A stretch of 64,000 nucleotides of DNA from Paramoeba atlantica. Taxonomy: Eukaryota; Protista; Discosea. The first letter of the stretch is position 1; each line of letters starts with the position of its first letter. The translations under genes were made by a program, and so were the position numbers. Location of the stretch: NCBI GenBank assembly GCA_977017575.1, contig CDRNVI010000025.1, forward strand, positions 62,001-126,000, in the 5' to 3' direction. Of the stretch, positions 1 to 10,558 are shown piece by piece. The notes under the pieces are model-generated. The model did no database searches. It was given only the letters and a program-made list of their open reading frames with translations, and had not been told where the DNA came from.

Positions 1-569
1 CCTCCGCGACCAAGTATAATGTTACAATTTTCATATGCATCCATCGCTCGCAACAAAATTGAGACTCTAGCAGGTCGAGTACAGGGATCAGTGACGTATC
101 CTGCAGTCTTTATAAAGTTTCATAAGGTTCATCCCCAGTTAATACGTATAATATAGTGTAAATAGTATTATGATGAGTAAACTTCTCTAACAATACACGA
201 AGATACCATTACGGAAAAGGAAAACGTTAAAATTGTAAGCAAGACAAGAACATAAAGATAAAAAACTCTAGTGCTGCGAGAAGTCTTAATGAGATGAAAC
301 CTCCGTTTCGATCTTTTAAGTCATTGTTTCAAAAAGAACGAAGCAGGAGGGACAGCTACATGCTGTATTGGGCTTTACCTAAGTACTAGACCTGTCTAAC
401 GTTGGCTAATCCCTTTTTTGACCCAGTATTTCAGATACAACTTGTACATGTCACGTTCAGTACTTTCTTTAGGTAAACGGACGAGATCTGTGAGCTCTTC
501 TCTGGGAACTCGAAGGTAAATAATGCACTACCTCACAAGAGAATATCCCGTACAGAAAAGTCTGAAAAT

Positions 570-1181
570 TCAAACAAGTGATTTGAAAAGAAAACTTAAA
601 TGTGGTGCTGAAAAATAGCGCGTCTGCTCCTGTGACTTCTGCGCTTGAGGATTAATACATACCAATTTCTTTACGTAGGGTTCTAGATAATCCAAAACAG
701 AGAGATCCGAGTCAATGTAAAGCGAAGGAGTAAGGTGACGCATCATCGCCTGTTTTCCCACATCGGTTTTATAACACAATATATTTTTTCTGGGTGTAGC
801 TCCTTTAAGCGTGGTCATCCACTTGTCCTCAACATTTCCACGTTCTTCTTCCGAGGAGACACGTACTAAAAGTATGCAATTGCAGTGTGAAGATAGATAC
901 TGTAGAGCTTTCTGAGAAGCTTCATCCGGGATATTGTTGTCAAAGATTAAGCAACTCACTGCGACAGTTTCTCCGAAATAATCTTTTGGATCCCACACGC
1001 TTTTTGATTTAGTGTTCAAACGTGTCTGAGAAATTTTCTTGGGGAAGCCTGGCACTCGGAATCCATTTGCATTACACGCATATTTGCAGAGGTACGAACA
1101 AGTGACGGCGACACACAGGGCAAAAAACATCCCTGTGTGTGTGAATAAATTTGCGATCACATTAAAAAAAGACGTGTACAT
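570..1181 (-). CDS. PEX22: PEX22-like peroxin (plant/trypanosome type)
   Basis: N-terminal hydrophobic anchor. C-terminal NILCYKTDVGKQAMMRHLTPSLYIDSD resembles the KVLFCST.GR..FVRQLEPDWHID pattern of plant-type PEX22. Confidence 0.6.
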   Translation of the reverse strand: MYTSFFNVIANLFTHTGMFFALCVAVTCSYLCKYACNANGFRVPGFPKKISQTRLNTKSKSVWDPKDYFGETVAVSCLIFDNNIPDEASQKALQYLSSHCNCILLVRVSSEEERGNVEDKWMTTLKGATPRKNILCYKTDVGKQAMMRHLTPSLYIDSDLSVLDYLEPYVKKLVCINPQAQKSQEQTRYFSAPHLSFLFKSLV

Positions 1182-1478
1182 GGCAAATTTACAAATACAA
1201 AGTATAAAGGATTAAATAATGTCTGAACCAGAAAGCTAAAGTGTGAAAGCCAGAACGATAATAGCAGGGGGTCTTCCAAGGAAAATAACATTTGTTAAAA
1301 AGCCCGTCACTCGCACGTTCTCCCCTTTTATGATCTTTCAAAAACGAGACATAAGATTAGATACAAATTTCGAACAAAATAAAAGACAGATCCTGTTGTG
1401 CTGCAGTACCATACACGCTACAACACGCTACCCCTTTCGAGGAGAACAACGGGGTCGCTAAAAAACCGAAACCCCTCC

Positions 1479-2453
1479 TCACAACCCTTTATTAAAATAC
1501 AACTTATCCACAGGCGTCCCATCCCGCATCCGTGCCCCATGAAACCGCGACTCCAACACCCCCGGCACCACACTCGCCCGTTGCGGAAACAACCCCAACG
1601 CACACGGAACCCCGACCAAAATCCCCACCGTCATCAACCCCAGCTCCGTCACCGCACGGTTCCTTTTCACCACCCCCACCCTTGCCAACGGCACCATCGC
1701 CAGCAACGGCAGCGTCATAATCGGCACATTCCACGCCAGTCGCGTCACACAGCACTGGGCAATCCCCTGTCGTCCCGCCACCCTACTCCTCCCGTGCTCC
1801 CCCCCCTCGCTGTCCACCACCCCCACGCCCTCATCCCACCACTCCAGCCGTCGCATCAGCGCGACGTTCGCCATCCCGGCCAGAGAGACCGCCAGCATGG
1901 GGAGCGTGGCACGGACGGCGGTGGCGCGTAGGGACCCGCGGGGGAGTTGGTTCATCGCAGCTGTCGTGGCATAGGCAATGGAGAGCGAGAGGGCGCAGGC
2001 CGCGACGTAGGTCTGGGCCACGGTGGCTAGGGGGACGGGGCTGGAGGCGTTGCGGTGGGCCAGGTTCAGGGCGGCGTTGTAGGTTTGGTTGATCCAGTGG
2101 ACAAGGAGGGAGCGGGGGGCGGAGGTGACGGTGGCGGGGTGGAGCATGATGGCACAGCCCAGGATGTTGAGAGGGATGAAACCGCTGAAACGGAGGAGGG
2201 GGGGGATGAGGTCTCCGGTGTCGGGGTGGGTGCAGAGACGGAGGGTGCGCTGGGCGTCCCAGAGGGAGGGGGGGGAGGGGTGGGTGTGGGGGAGGTCGTG
2301 GACGACGTGGCGGGCGGTGTCGACGTCGGAGGGGGTGAGGAGCAGGGCTCGGGGGTCGAGCATGTCGGAGAAGTAGTGGACGCGACCGAGGTAGGTGTCC
2401 ATGGGGTACGGGGGGTCGCCGGTACCGGAAGGGGAGGGGTAGGCGCTAGGCAT
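1479..2453 (-). CDS. SFXN: Sideroflexin (mitochondrial tricarboxylate/serine carrier family)
   Basis: YLGRVHYF..DP, HPDTG, WINQTYNAALNLAHRNA and CALGLFPQ motifs; multiple TM segments; 324 aa. Confidence 0.9.
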   Translation of the reverse strand: MPSAYPSPSGTGDPPYPMDTYLGRVHYFSDMLDPRALLLTPSDVDTARHVVHDLPHTHPSPPSLWDAQRTLRLCTHPDTGDLIPPLLRFSGFIPLNILGCAIMLHPATVTSAPRSLLVHWINQTYNAALNLAHRNASSPVPLATVAQTYVAACALSLSIAYATTAAMNQLPRGSLRATAVRATLPMLAVSLAGMANVALMRRLEWWDEGVGVVDSEGGEHGRSRVAGRQGIAQCCVTRLAWNVPIMTLPLLAMVPLARVGVVKRNRAVTELGLMTVGILVGVPCALGLFPQRASVVPGVLESRFHGARMRDGTPVDKLYFNKGL

Positions 2454-2746
2454 GGGGTGAACGAGGGGGAAACTACAGGAGTGTCTTTGTGGTACGATGA
2501 CAAGTTATACCAAAAATAGGGCTAGACATTAAGAAAAAGATACACAAGGAGCTGAAAAGCTGAAGAGACAATAAAGATGGATGAAAGTTTTTTTCGAATG
2601 AGAATAGCGCAGTTCAAGTGCCCATTGAGCAAGCGGGTAAAACAGTATCTTAAGTAGGACGTTCAGACTGACAACTCGGTTGTGCTCCTAGGATACACAC
2701 GTTTTCGATTGTTTAACGTTTATCGTCGTAGAAACAGGATTGTGTG

Positions 2747-3124
2747 TTAGTCTTTGCCAAGAATACGATTTACTTTTTCTAAAATGGGATCTGTAGAAAG
2801 TTTATAGCCCATGTCTTTCGATGGTATTTCCAGTACAGAAGGAAGAAGTTGGTCTGCATATCTGTTCATTACCTCTCGGATAGATTCTGCGATATGTTGG
2901 TTCAAAAAAAGGACACCAATATCCTTGCGGCGCATCAGTCGTTCGAAGGCGTCGATGATATTTTCCAAAGGCGTAGTCGGCTTGATTACCATGATATTAC
3001 TATGCTCAGAGTTCGTCTCAACTCCATGTTCTGCAATACCAATAAGCAAGAAACTTGAAACAGTGTCTTCGTCTCCAATTAGCCCAATTAGATTCCTCTG
3101 CCCTTTGCCGCGAAAAGCAGACAT
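2747..3124 (-). CDS. VMA7: V-type ATPase subunit F
   Basis: LIGLIGDEDTVSSFLLIGI and PSVLEIPSKD...DPIL motifs; 125 aa. Confidence 0.95.
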   Translation of the reverse strand: MSAFRGKGQRNLIGLIGDEDTVSSFLLIGIAEHGVETNSEHSNIMVIKPTTPLENIIDAFERLMRRKDIGVLFLNQHIAESIREVMNRYADQLLPSVLEIPSKDMGYKLSTDPILEKVNRILGKD

Positions 3125-3245
3125 AGAAAAGTATCAAATAGGTTAGCACGATTCCATTCAAATACCAGATTTTGCTATACACAATTATTAGACTATAGGC
3201 GCGCTATAGGAGTACTTTGAGAATGGATTGACTTGAGAGAGATAA

Positions 3246-3888
3246 TTGCGGTGGTTGTATAACTACCGCTCTACCCTCGATTATTGCAAAAAGTGAATAA
3301 AAACAGTGAAAATATAAATATAACAGTAATATAATAGAAGAAAAAAATATAAAAAGGGGCTCCGGTGGTCCAAAATTGAAAAAAAAATTAAAAAAAATGG
3401 GAGGTCCATGGGGGGGAGGTGTCCAGAGGGGGTCCAGGGGGGGGCACACCCCACGAATTTTTTTTGAAAAAAATATTTTTCGAAACAAACCAGAAGGGGT
3501 AGCCGAGGTCTTGGTGCGCATTTTCCACCCCCCCCTACCCCGGGGTGATCCCTCTGCGTATCCGCAGGACGGTTCCGACAAGTTCGGAGTTTTTTTAAAT
3601 ATTCAAATTGGCGAAAAAAATCGTAATATTTTTGTTCTCCAAAATCGTGTCCCCTATTGTATTTAGAGAGTTTGAGACTTATACTAGCTTTCTGCGCCGT
3701 CGCTTTCGCAAGATACACTTGCGACCACTTCTTTCGTACCACTTCTTGAAGCCGAATCTTGGCCGAATTTTCTTTTTTATACTCTTCGTTAAATGCGGTG
3801 GTAGTTTTCAACGCGAAGCGCGCACGAGTGACTTCTAAGTTGAAAACAACCACCGTGTTTAACGAAGAGCCTAATATTTTTTTATAGA
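3246..3888. mobile_element. Non-autonomous DNA element with hairpin head, palindromic tail and 11-bp flanking direct repeat
   Basis: GAGAGAGATAA at 3235-3245 and 3889-3899. Head GCGGTGGTTGTATAACTACCGC; tail palindrome ~3775-3875. Internal part homologous to ~63440-63790; head and tail recur at 13097-13170, ~33295-33330 and 60368-60600. Confidence 0.6.
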
Positions 3889-3916
3889 GAGAGAGATAAC
3901 ATTTGTTAGAGAGTAA

Positions 3917-5041
3917 TTAGGAATTATGCGTCGTTGTATGGTCTGTCTGTAAAGCATTAAAAAGCACCCCCATCGCTTCTATATGCTCATTTTTATGTGA
4001 TGCCAACTTGATGGTCGCAGCGATGTTTTCTCTTGTAAGCCTATCTAATAAGACAACTGCATGCTCCTGAAGAACTATTCCTAGTGATGTGCTCATCCGA
4101 AGCTGTTTTCGGTTGTTTTCTAGGCTTGTACACTGGGTAGTAACAAGCGGAATGTTCGTGCTATAGGGGAAACTCACGGAAGAAAGGAGGGTAGGGATCA
4201 AACTCAAGTCCCATCGATTGAGAGTTTCATACGGATTGTAGGCGAGACTCATCAAGGTGCTTAATATCGCAGAAACACCGGTCATGCTTTGGACAAAAGC
4301 ACATGCGCACATAGTCCCACGATGTTCTCTTTCAGTTAGATAACTAAAAGACGTTTGTGAATTGAAGTTCTCCATTGTTTCTTTGTCACGTGTTTGAGTT
4401 TCACTATTTCTTTGCGCGTAAATTATTTCCTTAATTACTTTGGCTAGACTTTTACAACTTGGGTCGAAACTCATGCGCAACATCTTATGCGTAGGTTCCA
4501 CCCAAAGAGCAAACGTCTTCCACGTAGGATGATTATGAAGCACTAATGAGAAAGGAGCGACGGAGCACTTTGATGACTCACTTGTGGTATTCTTAAGAAA
4601 GTGACACACCGCGTTGCATAGTTTACAAAACTGATCCATCCACTGATGCCGCTGAACCATTCTCGGCTGTATAACACCGGGTCGTGTCATTCCCTCTCCC
4701 TGAGTAAGACTGAATACCTTATCCGGTGAAACATGTTGCTGTGTAGGAGTGGAAAAATAATCGTCAAAAAGGGTAATCCCACCTACAGCGTACAATGGGT
4801 ATTGATTTAGCAAAACTCGAACTGCTTTATCTGTGGTTACCGTGCTGTCGTAGGTCAACCAAAGAGAGGATAAAAGAGGCATTTTTGAAAAGAATTCTTT
4901 ATGCTCAGAATTTTCCTCTGACTTGGAATCCACAATTGCCTTCTCATGTGGCTGATACAGGGAACTTATGTTGTGTGTAACAATGTTGGGATCAAAAGGA
5001 TCTGGCGAAGGCAGATACTCAGAAGACGAAGTGAGAACCAT
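3917..5041 (-). CDS. Hypothetical protein, 374 aa
   Basis: Long ORF on the same strand as neighbouring genes; no family recognised. Confidence 0.6.
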   Translation of the reverse strand: MVLTSSSEYLPSPDPFDPNIVTHNISSLYQPHEKAIVDSKSEENSEHKEFFSKMPLLSSLWLTYDSTVTTDKAVRVLLNQYPLYAVGGITLFDDYFSTPTQQHVSPDKVFSLTQGEGMTRPGVIQPRMVQRHQWMDQFCKLCNAVCHFLKNTTSESSKCSVAPFSLVLHNHPTWKTFALWVEPTHKMLRMSFDPSCKSLAKVIKEIIYAQRNSETQTRDKETMENFNSQTSFSYLTEREHRGTMCACAFVQSMTGVSAILSTLMSLAYNPYETLNRWDLSLIPTLLSSVSFPYSTNIPLVTTQCTSLENNRKQLRMSTSLGIVLQEHAVVLLDRLTRENIAATIKLASHKNEHIEAMGVLFNALQTDHTTTHNS

Positions 5042-5427
5042 AGCAAAAACTTCGAAGAACTTTATTAAAATAAGAGCCTCGTAATGTGTGATGACTGAAC
5101 AGTTGTAGTTCTTTTTCTCTAACTATTGTCAAAAACGATCTCGTTTCTCCCGTAAGAGTATGAAAAACAACCGTCTGATAAAAGACAAAGCGAGAATTGG
5201 GTATCTTGACAGACTTCTAGTGAGGTAATATTCAGAATACAGTTGACAGGATTCCTCCAATTTTTTGTTTTGTAGGAATTGCGCGTTGTCTATGTACATG
5301 TGTATAAGGCATACTTATAAAATAACATTCACATGATTTTATGATCATGACCACGTTGCGCCTCTGTAATGTTCAATATGTTTCTGTATTTTTTAAATAT
5401 GCTCAGTAGAGTTTAGGAGTCCTGGCT

Positions 5428-6495
5428 TCATTGCCACATATGTACAGAATCAATATGTACATTTGGTGGTATTTGCTGCGGAATGGTACTTCTAATAGGA
5501 TTTCCGATAAGCCCAAGCTCAGTCTCGGGTGACATAAGGGAAAAATCAACGCCACTAAATTTATTATAATCCAGTGAGAGGGTAACAAGAGAGGGAAGGA
5601 TTTTATTTAACTGAAGGTCTCCTTTGAAAGAATTGGAGCTCAGATTAAGCTCGCTCAAGGAAGGGGGCAAATTGGCCAGACTGAGTGTCCCAGAGAATTT
5701 ATTTCCATTGAGAAGCAACGCTTCTAGCCCGTGGGGAAGCTTTCCGAGGTTCAGTTCTCCGCTAAGCTGTGTACTGCTAATCACAAGAACACGAAGCCCT
5801 TGTGGCAATAAATCAATTTCCAAGTCCCCTGTAAACAAATTGGCACTGAGGTTGAGATATCGTAAAGAGGAGGGTAGCTTGTGCAACACCAAATGACCCG
5901 ACAACTTGTTGTGCTCAAGCGAGAGTCCTGAGAGTCCTGGAGGGAGATGGAGCAAATCTACAGGCCCACTGAGTTTGTTGTGGTTAAGATGTATTTCGTC
6001 CAATCCTTGTGGCAACTCTCCTAATCCCACGGGGCCTTGAAATCCATCATATTGTAGGTTGACAGTGCGTAGACTGTGTGGTAATGAGTCCAGAATAAGC
6101 TCACCAGTACATTCCTCACTGCACAGATACAACATAATGAGCTCCCCCGGTAGTGCGTGAAGTGAGGCATTGCCATGAAAGCCGTTGGAGCCCACGTGGA
6201 GGATTTGCGTAGTGGGGGGAAAACAATCCCACGCGAGATAGCCTCCAAGGTTCTGATGCGACCAGTGCACCCTTCGCACCACGCCTTGCTCATCACATCC
6301 CACTCCAAACCAACGGCAGGCAGGAGTCGAGTGCGTCCAACTTTCATGGGGAGTGTGTACGTGTTGAATCACACGGAGAAGAGAGAGCTCGGCGGAGAGC
6401 ATTGCCCCGCGCACTTTTTGTGGTTTTCGTGTAGGGCTGGGGGTATCCCTTGCAAAACACAATCCCGAAGAAGGAAAACAAAAGCTTGCTGACAT
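5428..6495 (-). CDS. Leucine-rich repeat protein
   Basis: CRWFGVGCD cap followed by about 10 LxxLPxxLxxLxLxxNxLSG repeats. Confidence 0.85.
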   Translation of the reverse strand: MSASFCFPSSGLCFARDTPSPTRKPQKVRGAMLSAELSLLRVIQHVHTPHESWTHSTPACRWFGVGCDEQGVVRRVHWSHQNLGGYLAWDCFPPTTQILHVGSNGFHGNASLHALPGELIMLYLCSEECTGELILDSLPHSLRTVNLQYDGFQGPVGLGELPQGLDEIHLNHNKLSGPVDLLHLPPGLSGLSLEHNKLSGHLVLHKLPSSLRYLNLSANLFTGDLEIDLLPQGLRVLVISSTQLSGELNLGKLPHGLEALLLNGNKFSGTLSLANLPPSLSELNLSSNSFKGDLQLNKILPSLVTLSLDYNKFSGVDFSLMSPETELGLIGNPIRSTIPQQIPPNVHIDSVHMWQ

Positions 6496-7432
6496 GAACC
6501 GATACTAAAATTACCAAAACAAAACAAAATTACACAATAGAGTAACAGAATTCAGAAAATGTATTAAAAATTTACCTTAATGTAGCGTAGAAAAAGACGA
6601 AAAAAAGATCCCGGCTTATTGTGCTGGGTCCTCAAAAAATAGTGCTAAAAATTGTCCAATTTTCGCAATAAAGATGGTCTGAGAAAGGCTTAAAAAGTAC
6701 CCCTTTCCATTTTCGAAGGGACAACTCTGACTTCTATGTCGGGTGGGGATCATGTATGTCTTGTATGAGCTTCGCAAACTCGGCCTCTACGGGCAGTGAC
6801 ATTCCGCGTATTTTTCCAAGACGCGTTTTGGGATGGGCTTCTTCGGATGCTATAACACAGAGCATCAGCAAAAGTTTTAGGAAAAGTATAGGTCGTCGTG
6901 GAACGCATAACATTTTTCAGATGATTTTTTACATTTTCCACTCATCTACTCGCTTCATGCATAAATGTATTGTGCGTGTGTTTCCTTCTTGGTTATATTC
7001 CTTCTTGGTGTATTTTGATGAGTGTTTCACCATTTCCATGGTAGTAAATTCCCATTTAAAGTTTAGACATAAGATTCGTCAGAAATTTTAGGATAGCACC
7101 AAAAAAAGAACTTTAGGATAGTATCAAAGCGTTCGGCAACACGTCAACGAATGGATTTAAAGTCCATTCAAAGTCACTTTAGAGAAGAGGAGTACAAGCC
7201 GATCTTTCTCTTGGCAACATGTTTTTGCAATAAAGTAATCGGTGTGGTGAGTGTTCAGAAAGACATTGTTCGTTCTAAACTTCCTTTAAAAGCCCTAGCG
7301 TAGTTGCGAAGGACCTACACCTGTTTGTTGTCCAAACACTCACCAAATTTTAGTGAGTGTTTGTCAAACATTCTCTCAAGTTTGTCTGAAAAACGACGCA
7401 TCGGAATATAATATGCACTTTATGCCGGCGGC

Positions 7433-9442
7433 TTAAATCAGAAACGGCTTCACAATGCTGCCATCATGGCTAAAAAACATTGTTGAAACTGTAGGCAAAG
7501 TTGAAACTGACCCTTTTAACAGCGAAGTGTCTGAATCTTCGTCAAGACTTCCGGGTGATAATGAAGAAAACGGCTTCTTCGGGTCTTTGTTTATCGCCTC
7601 AGAAATGTGATGCGTCCAATTCGGAAGACACGTGGGCCAACTGTAACTGGGTAGTTGGTCACGTATTATGTTATGTCGGTCCCATTTTTCTGTATTCCCT
7701 ACTTCGCGATGAGGAAAAATATGCTGATATGCCGTCGAATCGGCAGGAGGACATTCTTTCCAAACGGAAAATTCCTTTTCAAATTTGAGCAAAAGGTATT
7801 CACCAGGACCATTTTTCCGCGCGTAGTTTATCGTTTGTTCAAGAACATACGCAAGTGATGCAAAAGATTTCTCTATTAAATCGCGCTTAACATCGTCTTC
7901 CATGTTGCCAGTGTTGTGGGGAAGTCGGACTATGTTATCTGAATTGGATTCACAATAAAATGTCTCTACATGCAAAACACTAGACGTATATGCATTTACT
8001 CGAACGCAATGAGTTTGAGGATAAAAGGGAATGACTGTGTGCAATCGAATACGTTCTGCCAGCGACAATATTTCGAATTGAAAACCTGTTGGATCATCCG
8101 GAATTTGATTGTACATTTTGTTGTGGTATTCCATCTTCACCAAGAGGTATTCGAAATATACAACTTGGCGCACCAATAATTTCACAGGACCGACTTGCAC
8201 AACACGATACACGAATTCTCCGCTCGAATCATCCACCTGTCGAAGCCCTTCTGCTCGAATAGCGTTTCGAAAAAATATACGATTTTTATTCCGCGCAGAG
8301 CATGCGACTCTTGAAAGCGGCTTGTCCAAATAAAGAACCCCATCACGAGACACATGCGTGGGTACCCGCGCTCGGCTCGTCTCCACATCCGCCACCAGGT
8401 CACACAGCAGCGTGAGAAGCGTACCGAGTGATAGCACGACGTGACAACCCAACGCTTTGGCTTGCTCCCAACACTTCGGGTCCTTACTCACGGGAGGTCG
8501 GGTGAGTGGCTTGCGAAAACATTTCTTGGTCTTCGGCTTTTGATTTTCTTTAATTTCTGTGTTATTCCCATCCGTGGCGACGCTCTCGTGGTTGTACCGA
8601 AGACAAGGAGTAATCCCACTGGGGGAGAGGTTCACGTGCTGTCGTGGAGGTCCATGCAGGAAGGGGTTGAGTGTAATATCCATTTGATGAGGCGGTACGG
8701 TCTGAGGGAGTTGCAGAGGCTTTACGTGGGGAAGTGAAGCGTAGATCTGATGGGTAGTGGGGCCAAGCAGCTCCCCGTGTAACGGTGGCAATTTCTTCCA
8801 AATCTCCGGGCTGACCTCAAGGTTCGCTTTGGTGGCGCGGTTGTAATGGGTAGGATATTGCGAAAGTCGTTGTTTTCGGACTTCCATAAGGTTATCGATC
8901 GCGCTAATTACATGCGGAAAGACACCCAAACAGGTTTGACAAACATGCTCTTTAATTTTATGCTCACACATACGGCAACGCCGGAAAGAACGCTTTTGCT
9001 CTTCAAAGTATTTGGGGTGCGTTCCATGTATCGTTTTCTTATCGGATGGCTCATTTGTAGCTGTACTCAATGATCTCTTCCTGGCGTGTGTATCGGCAGG
9101 TGTCATTTTTCTGCTTTCTGTTTCAGTGTGTAGTGCATCATTCGGGAGCAATTTGCGAAGTATTTCAACGGTATGTTTGGGAATTTCGGAAGTAATCTCG
9201 CGTGGAGGAGGAAATGATGCATAATCTTGCCATGAAATAAGAACCTTTTTTGCCGCCCGGGAAGCTTCATGTCCCGGAAGTTGAGTTCCAAAATGAACAT
9301 GATCGCTCCGATTTAATTGCGAAGGGCCTGGTGGGAGTGCACGAGGAACTTTTGTCGGCAACGACCATTCCTTCCACAAACTTTCAACGGGGGGAGAACT
9401 TGAGTTCATGTTGTCGTCGGCATTCTCTTCCGTATCACTCAT
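7433..9442 (-). CDS. 669-aa protein with possible NARG2/ICE2-like C-terminal domain
   Basis: Long ORF. LYLDKPL..RNKNRIFF..VYRVVQVGPVKLLVR..LVKMEY resembles the NARG2_C pattern from memory; domain call is tentative. Confidence 0.45.
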   Translation of the reverse strand: MSDTEENADDNMNSSSPPVESLWKEWSLPTKVPRALPPGPSQLNRSDHVHFGTQLPGHEASRAAKKVLISWQDYASFPPPREITSEIPKHTVEILRKLLPNDALHTETESRKMTPADTHARKRSLSTATNEPSDKKTIHGTHPKYFEEQKRSFRRCRMCEHKIKEHVCQTCLGVFPHVISAIDNLMEVRKQRLSQYPTHYNRATKANLEVSPEIWKKLPPLHGELLGPTTHQIYASLPHVKPLQLPQTVPPHQMDITLNPFLHGPPRQHVNLSPSGITPCLRYNHESVATDGNNTEIKENQKPKTKKCFRKPLTRPPVSKDPKCWEQAKALGCHVVLSLGTLLTLLCDLVADVETSRARVPTHVSRDGVLYLDKPLSRVACSARNKNRIFFRNAIRAEGLRQVDDSSGEFVYRVVQVGPVKLLVRQVVYFEYLLVKMEYHNKMYNQIPDDPTGFQFEILSLAERIRLHTVIPFYPQTHCVRVNAYTSSVLHVETFYCESNSDNIVRLPHNTGNMEDDVKRDLIEKSFASLAYVLEQTINYARKNGPGEYLLLKFEKEFSVWKECPPADSTAYQHIFPHREVGNTEKWDRHNIIRDQLPSYSWPTCLPNWTHHISEAINKDPKKPFSSLSPGSLDEDSDTSLLKGSVSTLPTVSTMFFSHDGSIVKPFLI

Positions 9443-9882
9443 GGAGTACGTGTATGTGTGAGTCTAGAAATCAAACCTTTAAATACAAAGAGATGGTCTC
9501 CTCAACTCAGAGTTCACTGTTTTAGTTTGGGATAAAACAATTTACTACATTTACAAAATAAAATGTATTAATACGCACGGAGATGAAATCTGACAGTGCA
9601 TCAAAGCACATACCCCGCACATTCATTTTCTATATGTATTTATACACTTTGTGCATCCATTTTAAATAATGGCCGTCTGGAAATATTGAGTCTTGATCAC
9701 TGACTATCCGCTAAATGCGACACTTGTTTTTACAATGAAGGCAACCTCTCTGTGCCTTGCAGATTGGAAGCCATTGTGCTTCTATATTGAAGAGTCCTTC
9801 TACCATTTAAGAGTGGTTGCATAAAGGTCTCTGAGAACAGAAAAAATTATAGCTTAGCACTCTGCGAACCAGAATTCTTTCT

Positions 9883-10281
9883 CTATACGTTCCATTTCCA
9901 ACCGGCAAAAAAGTTAAGCACACCCAGTACAGTTAGGTAGGCAGCAATAATAATACCCCACCCTTTCCACATTAACCCCGCAAGAAAAATATAGAAGAGC
10001 CCACGACCAGTGCGGGTTGTGAGAAATTTACAGTAAACCTCAAAGCGAGGTGTCCGAAGAAATCCAAGTTCGGCTACCAGTGATATCATAGCGAACACTA
10101 TGAGATAGAAGTGTACCAACGTCCATCGTAGTGATGTAAAGTGGCATAACATATACGCGTTGTATGCAGCAAGGCCCAGCCCACCAATAGCTCCGGCAAT
10201 GAGCAGAACCCACCGAATGGACTGTAGACTGCGAGGCCTGGACTCTACAGTGGTGCGATACTCCGATGAGGAATCCTCCAT
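9883..10281 (-). CDS. COPI-associated / TVP15-like Golgi membrane protein
   Basis: Four hydrophobic segments and FLTTRTGRGLFYIFLA motif; 132 aa. Confidence 0.65.
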   Translation of the reverse strand: MEDSSSEYRTTVESRPRSLQSIRWVLLIAGAIGGLGLAAYNAYMLCHFTSLRWTLVHFYLIVFAMISLVAELGFLRTPRFEVYCKFLTTRTGRGLFYIFLAGLMWKGWGIIIAAYLTVLGVLNFFAGWKWNV

Positions 10282-10558
10282 AAAGGTTCAGTAAAGTAAG
10301 TAGAAAGCAGCAATCTAAAAAGTACTTTGTGAATCCTCTACTTATACGATGAAAAATTTGAGTACGCGTTGCGTTCCTTCTCAGGCTCCAATAACACACC
10401 TTTCAGAAAGCAAACAACCCAACAGATGATCATGTTTCATTGTCTATACTTCAGGGGAATGACTGTCACATTTTCGAAAGTTAGTAGAACACAGCGCATC
10501 AGTAAAAACATGTACAGTGATACCCATAGTCTCGAAGAGAAAATTCAGAAGATACATA

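Noticed and set aside
1243-2519. Overlapping plus-strand and alternative-frame ORFs over sideroflexin (likewise over RPN11, RRP9-like and 24510-25598)
   Set aside because: Shadow ORFs caused by GC-rich, stop-poor sequence opposite real genes.
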